This document shows, piece by piece, positions 47,765-57,612 of a stretch of 64,000 nt of DNA. The notes beneath the pieces were generated by a model, which made no database searches, had not been told where the DNA came from, and saw only the letters and a program-made list of their open reading frames with translations. Source of the DNA: an uncultured Deferribacteraceae bacterium (GTDB taxonomy: Bacteria; Chrysiogenota; Deferribacteres; CAMZNJ01); assembly GCA_947313855.1 (NCBI GenBank), contig CAMZNS010000026.1, forward strand, positions 2,141-66,140, given 5' to 3'. The position numbers and the translations under genes are program-made. Each line of letters opens with the position of its first letter. Within the stretch, counting starts at the first letter, position 1.

Positions 47765-49306
47765 GTGAATACCAATGACGGCAATTTTGCAGGGAACGAC
47801 TCCCTTTTCGAACTCATGCTGCAAAGCATTAGCAAATACATGGACGACGACATGGTAACAAGGTGGATAAAACCACTCAAAATCGCGGACATCAACAATA
47901 GACCCAAAGACGCAACAATCACTTTCCTCGTACCAAACAAATTCTACACAGGGATGATTGCTGACAGCTTCGAAGACGATATCCGAAAAGCATTCTACGA
48001 CAACCTCATCGAAATCAACTCCATATACTACGTAACACAAGACGAATTGCCAACACTACACCTAGCCGAACACACCTCCATGGCAACACAGGTAGGCAAT
48101 ACCAACCATCGCAATGCTGGCGATGGCTCCGGCGATGGCTCAGGTGCTGGCTCAGGTGCTGGCTCAGGTGCTGGTTCTGGCGATAATGCGGACTCGCCTC
48201 ACGCGGAACACCATCGTCGCGACGACGCAGACAGAGACAGAGGACACGCCGACGAAGGTGCTCTCCGATCAACCAAAAACCACAACACAGGACTCAGCAG
48301 TGCCTACACATTCGAAAGCTTTGTGCGTGGCTCATCCAATCAGTTTCCGTTCTCCATGTGCGAATCCGTTAGCGAAGGCAACTTCCACACATACAACCCA
48401 CTAGTCATCTACGGAGGCGTTGGGCTCGGGAAAACACATCTCATGCATGCCACAGGTAACGCTGTCCTCGAAAAATTCCCCAAAATCAACCTGCTCTGTG
48501 TCGACGGCGAACAGTTCACACGTGAAGTTGTGCACGCATCACGAACAAACACTTACGACAAACTCAACGACAAATATCGCAACATCGACATACTACTCTT
48601 CGACGATATTCAGTTTATCAGCGGCAAAGGACGAACATCCGAAACATTCTTCTACCTCTTCAACGACCTGTACGAATCGAACAAACAAATCATCATCACA
48701 AGCGACAAAGAACCGAAACGACTAGAAGGATTCGAAGATAGACTCAAAAGCCGATTCAGCTGGGGACTATCCGTGCAAATAGAGATGCCCGGAGTCGAAG
48801 AACTCGCAGCCATCATCACAACACGCTCCATACTCAAAGGGGTCTACATCGACGACGATACCGCACTCTTCATGGCATACAATATCAAATTCGAAAATAT
48901 TCGCGAAGTTGTGGGCACAATACTCAAACTGCACGCCTACTCCTCCTTCAAAGGACGAAAAATCGACATCGCATTCGTGCAAGAAATAATGAAAGACGAA
49001 TTAACAAAAGGGTTCGCCGCTGGAAAACCTGCCGCCGACGATATCATCCGCAAAGTCGCCGCATACTACAACGTCAAAATTATCGACATCAAAGGATCAT
49101 CACGAAAACAATCCATCAGCGTGCCAAGGCAAGTATCCATGTATGCTCTGAGAAACATACTGGAACTATCGTACTCGGAGATAGGATCACTCTTCGGCAA
49201 AAATCATACCACAGCAATGCACTCAATCAACAAAGTTGAGGGGATGCTCGAAGATGATATGGCGTTGAGGCTCGCGGTGGAGAATATCATGAAGAACTAC
49301 GGTTAG
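47765..49306 (+). CDS. dnaA: Chromosomal replication initiator DnaA. It starts with GTG 19 nt after the recA stop and has a G/S/D-rich linker insertion.
   Basis: The AAA+ Walker A motif GGVGLGKTHL and the DnaA signature in the C-terminal DNA-binding domain (VSMYALRNILELSYSEIGSLFGKNHTTAMH). The linker reads GDGSGDGSGAGSGAGSGAGSGD. Confidence 0.95.
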   Translation: MNTNDGNFAGNDSLFELMLQSISKYMDDDMVTRWIKPLKIADINNRPKDATITFLVPNKFYTGMIADSFEDDIRKAFYDNLIEINSIYYVTQDELPTLHLAEHTSMATQVGNTNHRNAGDGSGDGSGAGSGAGSGAGSGDNADSPHAEHHRRDDADRDRGHADEGALRSTKNHNTGLSSAYTFESFVRGSSNQFPFSMCESVSEGNFHTYNPLVIYGGVGLGKTHLMHATGNAVLEKFPKINLLCVDGEQFTREVVHASRTNTYDKLNDKYRNIDILLFDDIQFISGKGRTSETFFYLFNDLYESNKQIIITSDKEPKRLEGFEDRLKSRFSWGLSVQIEMPGVEELAAIITTRSILKGVYIDDDTALFMAYNIKFENIREVVGTILKLHAYSSFKGRKIDIAFVQEIMKDELTKGFAAGKPAADDIIRKVAAYYNVKIIDIKGSSRKQSISVPRQVSMYALRNILELSYSEIGSLFGKNHTTAMHSINKVEGMLEDDMALRLAVENIMKNYG

Positions 49307-49309
49307 GAT

Positions 49310-49650
49310 GTGCACTGTTGGGCACTAAGCACCAGCATCAGCCGACCGCGGACACAGCCGACGCAACCACCGACCGCGGACACAGCGGACACAACCGCCG
49401 ACACAGCCGACGCAACCAGCATCAGCATCAGCCATCAGCGGACACAGCCACCGACCGCGGACACAGCGGACACAACCACCGACCGCGGACACAGCCACCG
49501 ACACAGCCGACGCAACCACCGACCGCGGACACAGCCGACGCAACCACCGACCACCGACACAGCCGACGCAACCAGCATCAGCATCAGCCATCAGCGGACA
49601 CAGCCGACGCAACCACCGACCGCGGACACAGCCGCCAAGCATCTCAGGTT
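49310..49650. repeat. A ~330-bp degenerate tandem array built from CCGACCGCGGACACAGCSGACRCAACCA and GCATCAGCATCAGCCATCAGCGGACACAGCC units, flanked by 9-bp direct repeats TGGGCACTAA.
   Basis: Read directly in the sequence. The flanking direct repeats lie at about 49319-49328 and 49653-49662. Confidence 0.85.
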
Positions 49651-49660
49651 TATGGGCACT

Positions 49661-49689
49661 AAAAAAGGGAACCCGAGGATTCCCTTTTT
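49661..49689. terminator. Bidirectional intrinsic terminator: AAAAAA-GGGAA-cccgagga-TTCCC-TTTTT.
   Basis: A perfect 5-bp GC-rich stem with an 8-nt loop and A/T-tract flanks. It lies between the convergent dnaA and rpmA genes. Confidence 0.6.
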
Positions 49690-49755
49690 ATAATTAATGG
49701 ACGGATACGAAGTTATCTTGCGTCCAATCGTCGAGGCGGTCAAGCGTCCACTCTG

Positions 49756-50016
49756 CTAAGAAGCAGACGAAACAACGGATACGAAGTTACCCTTACGCCC
49801 CTTCTTCTCAAATTTTACAAACCCGTCGGTTAATGCGAACAGAGTGTGGTCACGTCCAACACCAACATTTAATCCAGGTTTAACGGGGGTACCGCGTTGG
49901 CGAAGAATAATATTACCACCAACAACACGTTCACCGCCGAATTTCTTTACGCCGAGGCGTTTCGATTGTGAGTCTCTACCGTTACGCGTAGAGCCACCAG
50001 CTTTCTTATGAGCCAT
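49756..50016 (-). CDS. rpmA: 50S ribosomal protein L27.
   Basis: [29 protein letters not shown]... is canonical L27. Confidence 0.95.
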   Translation of the reverse strand: MAHKKAGGSTRNGRDSQSKRLGVKKFGGERVVGGNIILRQRGTPVKPGLNVGVGRDHTLFALTDGFVKFEKKGRKGNFVSVVSSAS

Positions 50017-50052
50017 GAGAGCCCTCCTTATGAGGCAAGAACAGTCGTGGGG

Positions 50053-50364
50053 TTAGACGGTGATAGCTTGCACTTTGAGTAAAGTGAAGTGTTGTCTATG
50101 CCCTTTGAGCGTCTTACTATCTTTTCTACGTCTTTTTTTGAAGACAAGTACTTTGTCTCCGAGTTCTTGTGCGAGAACATGCACTTCCACGAGTGCACCC
50201 TTAACGATAGGCTGCCCAATGAGCGTTCCTACCTCTCTGCCAACCAAAAGAACTTTGTCTAGTTTCAGTACGTCACCGACCTCTGCGTTGAGTTTCTCTA
50301 CTTTTAGAGTGTCGCCAACTTGAACGGTGTACTGTTTGCCACCAGTTTCGACAACAGCAAACAT
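50053..50364 (-). CDS. rplU: 50S ribosomal protein L21.
   Basis: MFAVVETGGKQYTVQVGDTLKVEKL... is canonical L21. The start is at 50364. The raw ORF extends to 50391. Confidence 0.93.
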   Translation of the reverse strand: MFAVVETGGKQYTVQVGDTLKVEKLNAEVGDVLKLDKVLLVGREVGTLIGQPIVKGALVEVHVLAQELGDKVLVFKKRRRKDSKTLKGHRQHFTLLKVQAITV

Positions 50365-50617
50365 AATTCTGCCCCCGTGTGTAGTACACACTTTTTCATC
50401 ATTTTTATTTGTTTAAGCGGTGAGGCTTAAAGTTATAAATTGTTTTGTTAACACAGACCGTTCCCCCGTGAAGAGGTTTGTCGCGGTCGTGAACCAACAT
50501 TGTACAAAAATCAATATAGTTTGTCAACACTATTATTGCAATATGTTGGGGCAAACTTTTGTACATTTCGTCAACATGTTGGTCGGGGCACGGGTCGGGC
50601 GTAAGCCTAGCATCGTG

Positions 50618-50710
50618 TTACGACCGTGCTGCGACCGTGCTGCGACCATGCTGCGACCGTGACCGTGCTACGACCGTGACCGTGCTACGACCGTGATCGT
50701 GTTGCTACCG
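50618..50710. repeat. (CGACCGTGCTG)n-like tandem repeat overlapping the stop of the TolC-like gene and upstream of rplU.
   Basis: About eight copies were read directly. Confidence 0.85.
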
Positions 50711-52084
50711 TTGTGCGTCTACGCGTAATACGGTTTGTGTGGCACGTTCCAGCTGAAAAATGCTGAGTATGATGTCGTATTTTGCGTTGTTGAATTCGCG
50801 TTGTGAGTTTACGAGGTTTGTGAATGATTGCAGTAGTTGTATTTGTGTGATGACGCCCTCTTTGTAGCGTCGTGATGCGTCTTGGTATGAGAGGGTTGCT
50901 GTTTCCAGTTTTTTTTGTGATGTGGTGTAGAGCCCTTTTCTGATGGAGTATGTTTCCAGGGATGTTTTGAGTTGTGTTCTCATGGTTTGTATGAGGGCGA
51001 TGAGTTGGTGTTTGGCTCTGTAGGCGTTTGCCATGGAGGTTTGTTGGTTTGCCACATTTGCGAACCCTTTGAAGATGTCGAAGTTGATGACGAAAGCGAC
51101 GCCTTCTTGTTGATCGAGCAGGTCGCCGGGTGAGGCGATGGAGTCGCCTTGTAGTGATTTGGTGTATGTTAGTCCTGCTGTTGGTAGGAAGTTGCTGATG
51201 CTTCTGTAGACGAGGGATGTTTGTGCGTTGGCGGATTTGCTGAGAGCGATGAGTTCGCTACGGTTATTGATCATCATCTCTTCTAGTTGGCTGTAGCTGT
51301 AGTTGTTGACTCTTGGGATGGGGATGTTGGTGAGAGCGACGTTGTATGGGAGTGTTTGCAGTACGAGGTTTTCCATGTTGTAGATGGATGAGTTGTAGTT
51401 TAGTTGTGCGAGGGAGGTATTTTGTTGTGATGCGAGGTAGTTTACTTCGGAGTTGAGTAGTTCTGTTTTGGTAATGAGTCCGGATCGGAAGAGGTTTTGT
51501 GAGTTGGCGAACTGTTCTTTCGACATTAGCTCGGCTTCGCGTGCAACTTTGAGGTTATCTTGTGCCCGTAGTGCTGCGATGTAGGTGGTTTGAGCGTTGA
51601 AGCGTGCGTCTTCTTTGGCTGCGACAAGTGAGTCGCTGGCGGCTGATGCACCTTGGTAAGCGGCGTACAGTCCGATGACGTTGCCGAAGCCGTTGAACAG
51701 TGACATGGAGACGCTGAGTTGTGTATTGTGATCGCCTTGTGTTTCGATGAGTGCTGCTTGTGCGGGTGTTTCGGAGTGTAGGAACTGTGTATCGCGGATG
51801 CTAACTTGTGGTAGTAGTGGTGATGTTCCGCCGATGAGTTGTCCGATGGCACTTCGGTGATCGGCTTCGGCTATTCTCACGTTGGATGCGTTTTCTGTTG
51901 CCACTGCGACGAAGTTGTTGAGTGTGATAGTGCTTTGGTTGAGAGTTGGTGTTTCGCCATACGCCATGTTCCCTATGGATATGAGTAGTATGCTGATGGT
52001 TATGATTGGGGTTATTGTGAAGAGTGGCAGTATGTGGGGTATTTTTATTGTGCCCGTTGTTGTCATAATAGTCACCATGTTCAA
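50705..52084 (-). CDS. TolC-family outer-membrane efflux channel protein.
   Basis: A signal peptide, two OEP-type repeats rich in Q/N/L/T with a coiled-coil/beta alternation, and a length of 459 aa. Confidence 0.7.
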   Translation of the reverse strand: MNMVTIMTTTGTIKIPHILPLFTITPIITISILLISIGNMAYGETPTLNQSTITLNNFVAVATENASNVRIAEADHRSAIGQLIGGTSPLLPQVSIRDTQFLHSETPAQAALIETQGDHNTQLSVSMSLFNGFGNVIGLYAAYQGASAASDSLVAAKEDARFNAQTTYIAALRAQDNLKVAREAELMSKEQFANSQNLFRSGLITKTELLNSEVNYLASQQNTSLAQLNYNSSIYNMENLVLQTLPYNVALTNIPIPRVNNYSYSQLEEMMINNRSELIALSKSANAQTSLVYRSISNFLPTAGLTYTKSLQGDSIASPGDLLDQQEGVAFVINFDIFKGFANVANQQTSMANAYRAKHQLIALIQTMRTQLKTSLETYSIRKGLYTTSQKKLETATLSYQDASRRYKEGVITQIQLLQSFTNLVNSQREFNNAKYDIILSIFQLERATQTVLRVDAQR

Positions 52085-52117
52085 TTTTTTGTAATTATTT
52101 GCATCTGCGTATTGTGA

Positions 52118-53290
52118 TTAGTTTACGGTATTCAAAACGATATTAACAGTTTTTTTATTATTTTTCGATATTTCGATGGATACGGGTTTGCTTTTGAATG
52201 TGTATGATCGTAGTTCGTGTTTGAACGTAATGTTGAGGAATAGGTTGGAGTGGATGTTTAGGGGATCGTGTCGGGTTTTTTTGTAGTTGAGGTATTCGTA
52301 TGGTTCTGTTTCCATGATATTTAGTGTGGTGAAGAGTGGTTTTTTGAGGTATTTCATCTCATGGGCATCGCGTAAAAAGGGGTCTCGTTTGAATTGTTTG
52401 AGAGTGGGGTATTTGTTGACGGCTGTATTTTTGCGTACGGCAATATTGCTGAGCATGTTGTTGGTGATGTGTAGTGTGAGCAGAACGTCTTCGTGGTTGA
52501 TGAGTGTTGCTTCCATTGTGCCGTTGAGGTTGATGTGGCTGGGTGTTAGGGTGAGGTATGGTGCGGGGAGGAGTGCTGTGTGTCCGGGTGTTCGGGCTGT
52601 GACGAGGTTGGACTTGTGTGGTGTGCTACGGTAGCAGGTTAGTTTCAGGTTTGTGCCTTCTGAGTTAGTGATGATTGTTTGTGCGGCGTTGATGATGTTG
52701 GAGGTTATGTACTGTATTTTCCGTTCGAACAGATCGAGGTGAGCGGTTTTTGTTTCGGAGAATCGATTCATGTTGTTGATACTCATTAGTCGTCCCCCTT
52801 GGACGGTGGTGAATAGGGTTTGCAACAGGCTAAGTTCGAGGTTGCTACTTCCGAGGTGCAGTATTATGTCGTAGCGTCGATCGTGTGCACTGGCGGCACG
52901 ATAGACTAGGCTTTGCAGTCGTGTACCGAGGTGTCCACGTATGATGGTTTGGTATGCGTCCCTTGGGAGTGTAACTTTGAAGTCGTCACCAAAAACGGTT
53001 TCCCAAACGGTTTCCGAGGGTTCGTTGACACGGAAAACGCCATGTGTGTGTGGTGCAGTGTATTCTAGGAGTTTGACATTTTTAAACTTTGATCTGATGT
53101 GTTTGTTGATTAGGCGTGAGTAAGCGGTTGCACGAAGGTTTTTGTTGTTGTCGCGTTCGGAGATTATCAGTAGTCGTTCGCCAACACTCATTTCCAGGAC
53201 ATAGTTGGTGATGAGGCGAGAAATATACTTAATTCGATTTTTTTTCCAATACATACCTTTGATACTATAACACGTTACCATCTTTGTCAA
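52118..53290 (-). CDS. Hypothetical soluble protein of about 390 aa. I recognise no domain. A resemblance to M29-type aminopeptidases cannot be confirmed.
   Basis: A long intact ORF with the local codon bias, divergent from purA. The TTG start at 53290 is uncertain. Alternatives are ATG at 53281, 53254 or 53191. Confidence 0.4.
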   Translation of the reverse strand: MTKMVTCYSIKGMYWKKNRIKYISRLITNYVLEMSVGERLLIISERDNNKNLRATAYSRLINKHIRSKFKNVKLLEYTAPHTHGVFRVNEPSETVWETVFGDDFKVTLPRDAYQTIIRGHLGTRLQSLVYRAASAHDRRYDIILHLGSSNLELSLLQTLFTTVQGGRLMSINNMNRFSETKTAHLDLFERKIQYITSNIINAAQTIITNSEGTNLKLTCYRSTPHKSNLVTARTPGHTALLPAPYLTLTPSHINLNGTMEATLINHEDVLLTLHITNNMLSNIAVRKNTAVNKYPTLKQFKRDPFLRDAHEMKYLKKPLFTTLNIMETEPYEYLNYKKTRHDPLNIHSNLFLNITFKHELRSYTFKSKPVSIEISKNNKKTVNIVLNTVN

Positions 53291-53446
53291 ACTACCATTA
53301 TGTGTGCTTGTGTTGTTGTAATAGTTTTATAAATGGTGTAGAATGAACCCTTGTGGGAAGGGGAAGGCTGTCCTGCATAAAATATGGTAATGAACGATTA
53401 ATTAAACACAATGTAGCGAAACAAAAGTAGGCTGGAGGCAACGGCG

Positions 53447-54763
53447 ATGGATGTTATCTTAGGAACTCAATGGGGCGACGAAGGGAAAGGGAAGGTGGTG
53501 GACTATGTTGCCTCAACATACGACGTAGTCGTAAGGGTGCAGGGGGGACACAACGCAGGACACACCATTCACATCGGAAACAAAAAACATGTACTACATA
53601 TCCTGCCCTCAGGAGTTGTCTCCGAAAACACCGTCAACATTATCGGCAACGGAACCGTTGTCTCGGTGCCCTCGTTCATAAGCGAAATGGCTCTGCTACA
53701 CAACGATGGCATAAATACGCAAGGACGCCTATTCGTCTCATCAAGGGCACACCTCGTAATGTCCTACCACAGCGTGCTGGACAACATGAACGAATTCCTC
53801 AAAGGTGACGCCAAAATCGGCACAACAGGCAAAGGGATTGGACCCGCTTATGCAGACAAAATCGCACGCGAAGGGATTCGTGTTGACGACCTACTCAACA
53901 TCGAAGTCCTCGAACACAAACTCAAACGGCGTGTACAAGCTGTTAACCAGCAAGTAGAGTCGTTCCTGCGAAACAACGATACCTCACAAATGGACAACCC
54001 ACCGAAACCCATCGACTACAGCGAAGTGCTGAACGAAGCCTTGGGGTATGGTGAAGTGTTGTCGCCATACATTGCTGACACTGAGTACATGGTCAACGAA
54101 AGTGTGTCACAAGGGGAAAGCATACTGGTGGAGGGGGCACAGGGTGCGTTGCTGGATATCGATTTCGGCACATACCCGTTCGTAACGTCATCGTCATGTA
54201 TGATTGGCGGAGTGTTTTCAGGGAGTGGAGTGTCGCCATTCCACCTCACGAATGTTATCGGAATCACAAAAGCCTACACCACACGCGTAGGCGAAGGTCC
54301 ACATCCAACCGAAATCAAAGATGCCGAGCTCTCTGCTTACCTAACAGAGGTGGGGAACGAGTATGGTGCAACAACGGGAAGACGACGTAGGGTTGGGTGG
54401 TTGGATATTGTCGCACTCAAATACACTTACATGATCAACGGCATTACCCACATAGCACTAACAAAAATAGACGTGTTAAACGATCTTGATACGGTAAAAA
54501 TATGTGTTGAGTACAAGCTCAAAGATGGGACAATTGTGAGCAAATTGCCATCACATAAAGATCAGCTCGAAGGTGCAGAGCCCATATACAAAGAGTTTCC
54601 TGGGTGGAAGACCGATATCACGAATGCAACATCGTTTGACGACTTTCCACAAGAGCTCAAGAACTACCTCAACTTTATCAGTAGTGAATTGGGTGTGCCA
54701 TACTTTATGCTGTCGATCGGTGCTGATCGCAGTCAGAGCATACTCATGGAGGAGTTACGCTAA
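53447..54763 (+). CDS. purA: Adenylosuccinate synthetase.
   Basis: The P-loop GTQWGDEGKGK and GHNAGHT, plus the full PurA architecture. The protein is 438 aa. Confidence 0.97.
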   Translation: MDVILGTQWGDEGKGKVVDYVASTYDVVVRVQGGHNAGHTIHIGNKKHVLHILPSGVVSENTVNIIGNGTVVSVPSFISEMALLHNDGINTQGRLFVSSRAHLVMSYHSVLDNMNEFLKGDAKIGTTGKGIGPAYADKIAREGIRVDDLLNIEVLEHKLKRRVQAVNQQVESFLRNNDTSQMDNPPKPIDYSEVLNEALGYGEVLSPYIADTEYMVNESVSQGESILVEGAQGALLDIDFGTYPFVTSSSCMIGGVFSGSGVSPFHLTNVIGITKAYTTRVGEGPHPTEIKDAELSAYLTEVGNEYGATTGRRRRVGWLDIVALKYTYMINGITHIALTKIDVLNDLDTVKICVEYKLKDGTIVSKLPSHKDQLEGAEPIYKEFPGWKTDITNATSFDDFPQELKNYLNFISSELGVPYFMLSIGADRSQSILMEELR

Positions 54764-57612
54764 TCGTCCGACTTGCGTAACACCTCTCGGGGCTTCGATG
54801 ACCCATCGGAAGGGGCAACAATACCCTTCTGCTCCATAATCTCAACAATACGAGCAGCACGATTGTAACCGATGCGTAGGTGGCGTTGAACCATGGATAT
54901 GCTGGCAAAACCCTTTTGTGTTACAATATCCACGGCATCGTAGTACTTCTCATCAAGCTCGTCATCGTCAACATCGCCAAGGGTGGTTGTGTCTTGCTGG
55001 ATGAGTGCCATGTCGTATTCAGGCTCACCAAGGGTACGAAGGTGGTCGGCTATGTTGTTGACCTCGTCTTCGCTGATGAATGAGCCGTGCAACCTAATGG
55101 GTTCGCGTCCTGACATGATGAAGAGTGAGTCGCCGTTCCCTAGGAGTTGCTCCGCACCCTGCCTGTCGATAACAGTACGCGAATCAACCTTGGATGAGAC
55201 CTTGAAACCGAGACGTGAGGGCATATTTGCCTTGATTATCCCCGTGATAACGTCAACAGAGGGGCGTTGGGTGGCGAGGATGAGGTGGATGCCGACGGCA
55301 CGAGCCATTTGTGCCAAGCGGATGACGGATTGCTCAACCTCTTTGCCTGCAACCATCATGAGATCGGCGAATTCGTCAACAATAACAACAAGGTAGCTGA
55401 GTTTGTCGAGCCCGCTGTTTTCCGCTTTGGCGTTGTAGCTGGTGATGCTTTTGGCACGGCTATCCTTGAGGAGGGCGTAGCGTTGCTCCATCTCTTTCAC
55501 AACATTGCGAAGCACTTTGGCAGCAATTTTTGTGTCGGTAACAACAGGTGCAGCAAGGTGTGGAATATCGTCGTAAATACTCAGCTCCACCATTTTAGGA
55601 TCGATCATGATAAATTTAACGTAATCGGGGGAGTGGTTGTACACTAGTGAGCAGATAATGGTGTTGATGGCAACGGATTTACCCGAACCGGTTGTGCCCG
55701 CAATGAGTACATGGGGCATTTTGGCGAGGTCGGCAAAGTATGGTTTCCCGTTAACATCTTGACCGATGGCGATGTTTAGGTCGGCATCGGAACCCTTAAA
55801 CATGGGATCGTCAACAAGCTGCTTGAACACAACCATCTCGCGATCGCGACGGGGTATCTCAAAACCAACAACACCCTTGCCAGGGATGGGTGCAATAACG
55901 CGAACGCTAGCAACAGACATGGCTAGGGCGATGTCGTCGCTCAATGCGGTGATGCGACTAACTTTAACGCCCGGTGCAGGCTCAAACTCGTAGGTAATAA
56001 CAACAGGACCGGAACTAATATGGGTGATACGTCCGCCGATGCCGAATTCGTTGAGGCGTTTGTTGAGCACGTCTGCCTCTGCCCATAGGGAGGCGTCGTC
56101 GTCGCTTGTGTTTTTCTTGGTGTACCCTTGCAGGAAGGAGTATGGGAGGTTGTAGTCCTCCTTGTCTGCGTCAAATATGGTGGGTGACACAGCCACGGGT
56201 GACACAGCCACGGGTGACACGTTCATGTTCATCTTCACGTCGGGCACCTTGGCGAGATCTTGGTTGGGTATTCGTGGCATAGCACCCTCAATGTTAAGGG
56301 TTGGAGGTGTTTCCGCAGTTGGCGTATCTGTTACTGTAGCAGTTGGCGTAGTTGTTGGCGGTGATGATTTTGCGTGTTGCGGTGTAGGGGCGGTGCCTAT
56401 CTCTTGGATATGGCGTCGTTGGCTGATTAGTCCGCCCATGAGTGTGTTGGCGTTCCCCACGCTGGCGTTCCCCACGTTGGCGTGTTCCACGTTGGCGTGT
56501 TCCACGCTGGCGTTCCCCACGCTGGCATGTTCCACGCTGGCATGTTCCACGCTGGTATGTTCCATGCTGGCGTGCCCTGTGGGCGTGCTGGGGGGCTGGT
56601 TAAGTGTTTGGAAGTGGAAGGAGTACGGATCGTCACTCTGTGTCTGAGGTTGTTGCGTGTTCGCCCCTGTGTTCGCCCCTGTTGGGAGTGTATTCGAGCT
56701 CGATATTGTTGGGTATGCGAGGTTTGCGGCAAGTGTTTCGGCATATTTGTATGATGCTGTTTGCGAAGTGTTGCTGATGTAGTCCATCTGTTGCTCTGTT
56801 TGAGCAACGTTTGATCGTCCGTCCCCTTGTCTGCCGTGGGTATTTTTGTTGCCACTGAGGTCGATCATATTTTTCGATCTGTTCGTCCATTTGTTGTTGA
56901 TGGTTCGTGCTAGCCAAGCGATTGGCATTGCGGGTGCGATTACGATTAGCTGTATTTTTTGTGTTAGAGTTGATTGTTTACGATCGCCCCCTTTTAGTGC
57001 GAATGCTTCTTGGATGAAGTTGTTGACGTGTTCGAGTTTGCTGAATGGGTTGGCGGGGTTTTTGAGGTTATGAGCGATATTTTGGAACGATGATGATAAA
57101 TATAGTATGGCTAGGAACGGCAGTAGGAATAGAACCATGATTATGCCGCCGACGCCACCTACAAAGCTGGACAAGATTACTTTGGACACGGCTCCGAGAA
57201 TGCCAAATGCGAGGTATGATTCGAGGAAGGTGGTTGTTCCCCATACGAATCCGAGGGTAAACGACACTATGAGAACTAGTGCAAACGATGTTACGATGTT
57301 GAACAAGAGGTAGTAGGCTGAGGGTGTGTAGGTATTTTTGTGTTGTTTCCATATGATTATGAGGGGGCGTGCCATTATGATGGGGATGAAGAACGCACCG
57401 ATACCCATGAGCACTAAAAACATGTCGGCAACGTAGGCACCGAGTGCACCGAAAATATTGTCCACACTGGAGCTGTACCGGCTCACTTCGATGGTGGAAA
57501 AACTCCTATCAGAGCTACTAAAGCTAATGATAGAGAGGGATACCAAAACATAAAAAAAAGAATACAGTGCAGAAGTAATATGCAAAAGACCCTTAGGTAT
57601 TGCTACACCCAT
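54760..57612 (-). CDS. ftsK: DNA translocase FtsK.
   Basis: N-terminal TM helices, a motor domain with Walker A GTTGSGKS, and a gamma winged-helix domain (GFASISMVQRHLRIGYNRAARIVEIMEQKG). The linker is low-complexity and encoded by tandem repeats (EHASVEHASVGNASVEHANV, VAVSPVAVSP). The ATG at 57612 is the likely start. The raw ORF begins with GTG at 57642. Confidence 0.93.
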   Translation of the reverse strand: MGVAIPKGLLHITSALYSFFYVLVSLSIISFSSSDRSFSTIEVSRYSSSVDNIFGALGAYVADMFLVLMGIGAFFIPIIMARPLIIIWKQHKNTYTPSAYYLLFNIVTSFALVLIVSFTLGFVWGTTTFLESYLAFGILGAVSKVILSSFVGGVGGIIMVLFLLPFLAILYLSSSFQNIAHNLKNPANPFSKLEHVNNFIQEAFALKGGDRKQSTLTQKIQLIVIAPAMPIAWLARTINNKWTNRSKNMIDLSGNKNTHGRQGDGRSNVAQTEQQMDYISNTSQTASYKYAETLAANLAYPTISSSNTLPTGANTGANTQQPQTQSDDPYSFHFQTLNQPPSTPTGHASMEHTSVEHASVEHASVGNASVEHANVEHANVGNASVGNANTLMGGLISQRRHIQEIGTAPTPQHAKSSPPTTTPTATVTDTPTAETPPTLNIEGAMPRIPNQDLAKVPDVKMNMNVSPVAVSPVAVSPTIFDADKEDYNLPYSFLQGYTKKNTSDDDASLWAEADVLNKRLNEFGIGGRITHISSGPVVITYEFEPAPGVKVSRITALSDDIALAMSVASVRVIAPIPGKGVVGFEIPRRDREMVVFKQLVDDPMFKGSDADLNIAIGQDVNGKPYFADLAKMPHVLIAGTTGSGKSVAINTIICSLVYNHSPDYVKFIMIDPKMVELSIYDDIPHLAAPVVTDTKIAAKVLRNVVKEMEQRYALLKDSRAKSITSYNAKAENSGLDKLSYLVVIVDEFADLMMVAGKEVEQSVIRLAQMARAVGIHLILATQRPSVDVITGIIKANMPSRLGFKVSSKVDSRTVIDRQGAEQLLGNGDSLFIMSGREPIRLHGSFISEDEVNNIADHLRTLGEPEYDMALIQQDTTTLGDVDDDELDEKYYDAVDIVTQKGFASISMVQRHLRIGYNRAARIVEIMEQKGIVAPSDGSSKPREVLRKSDD

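Noticed and set aside
49310-49693. Pro/Thr/Asp-rich ORFs on both strands in the post-dnaA repeat array.
   Set aside because: They are translations of a tandem DNA repeat. They have no start context and overlap each other in multiple frames.
50420-50662. An 80-aa plus-strand ORF in the rplU upstream region.
   Set aside because: It lies in the promoter or leader of rplU, overlaps the tandem repeat, and has no Shine-Dalgarno or homology.
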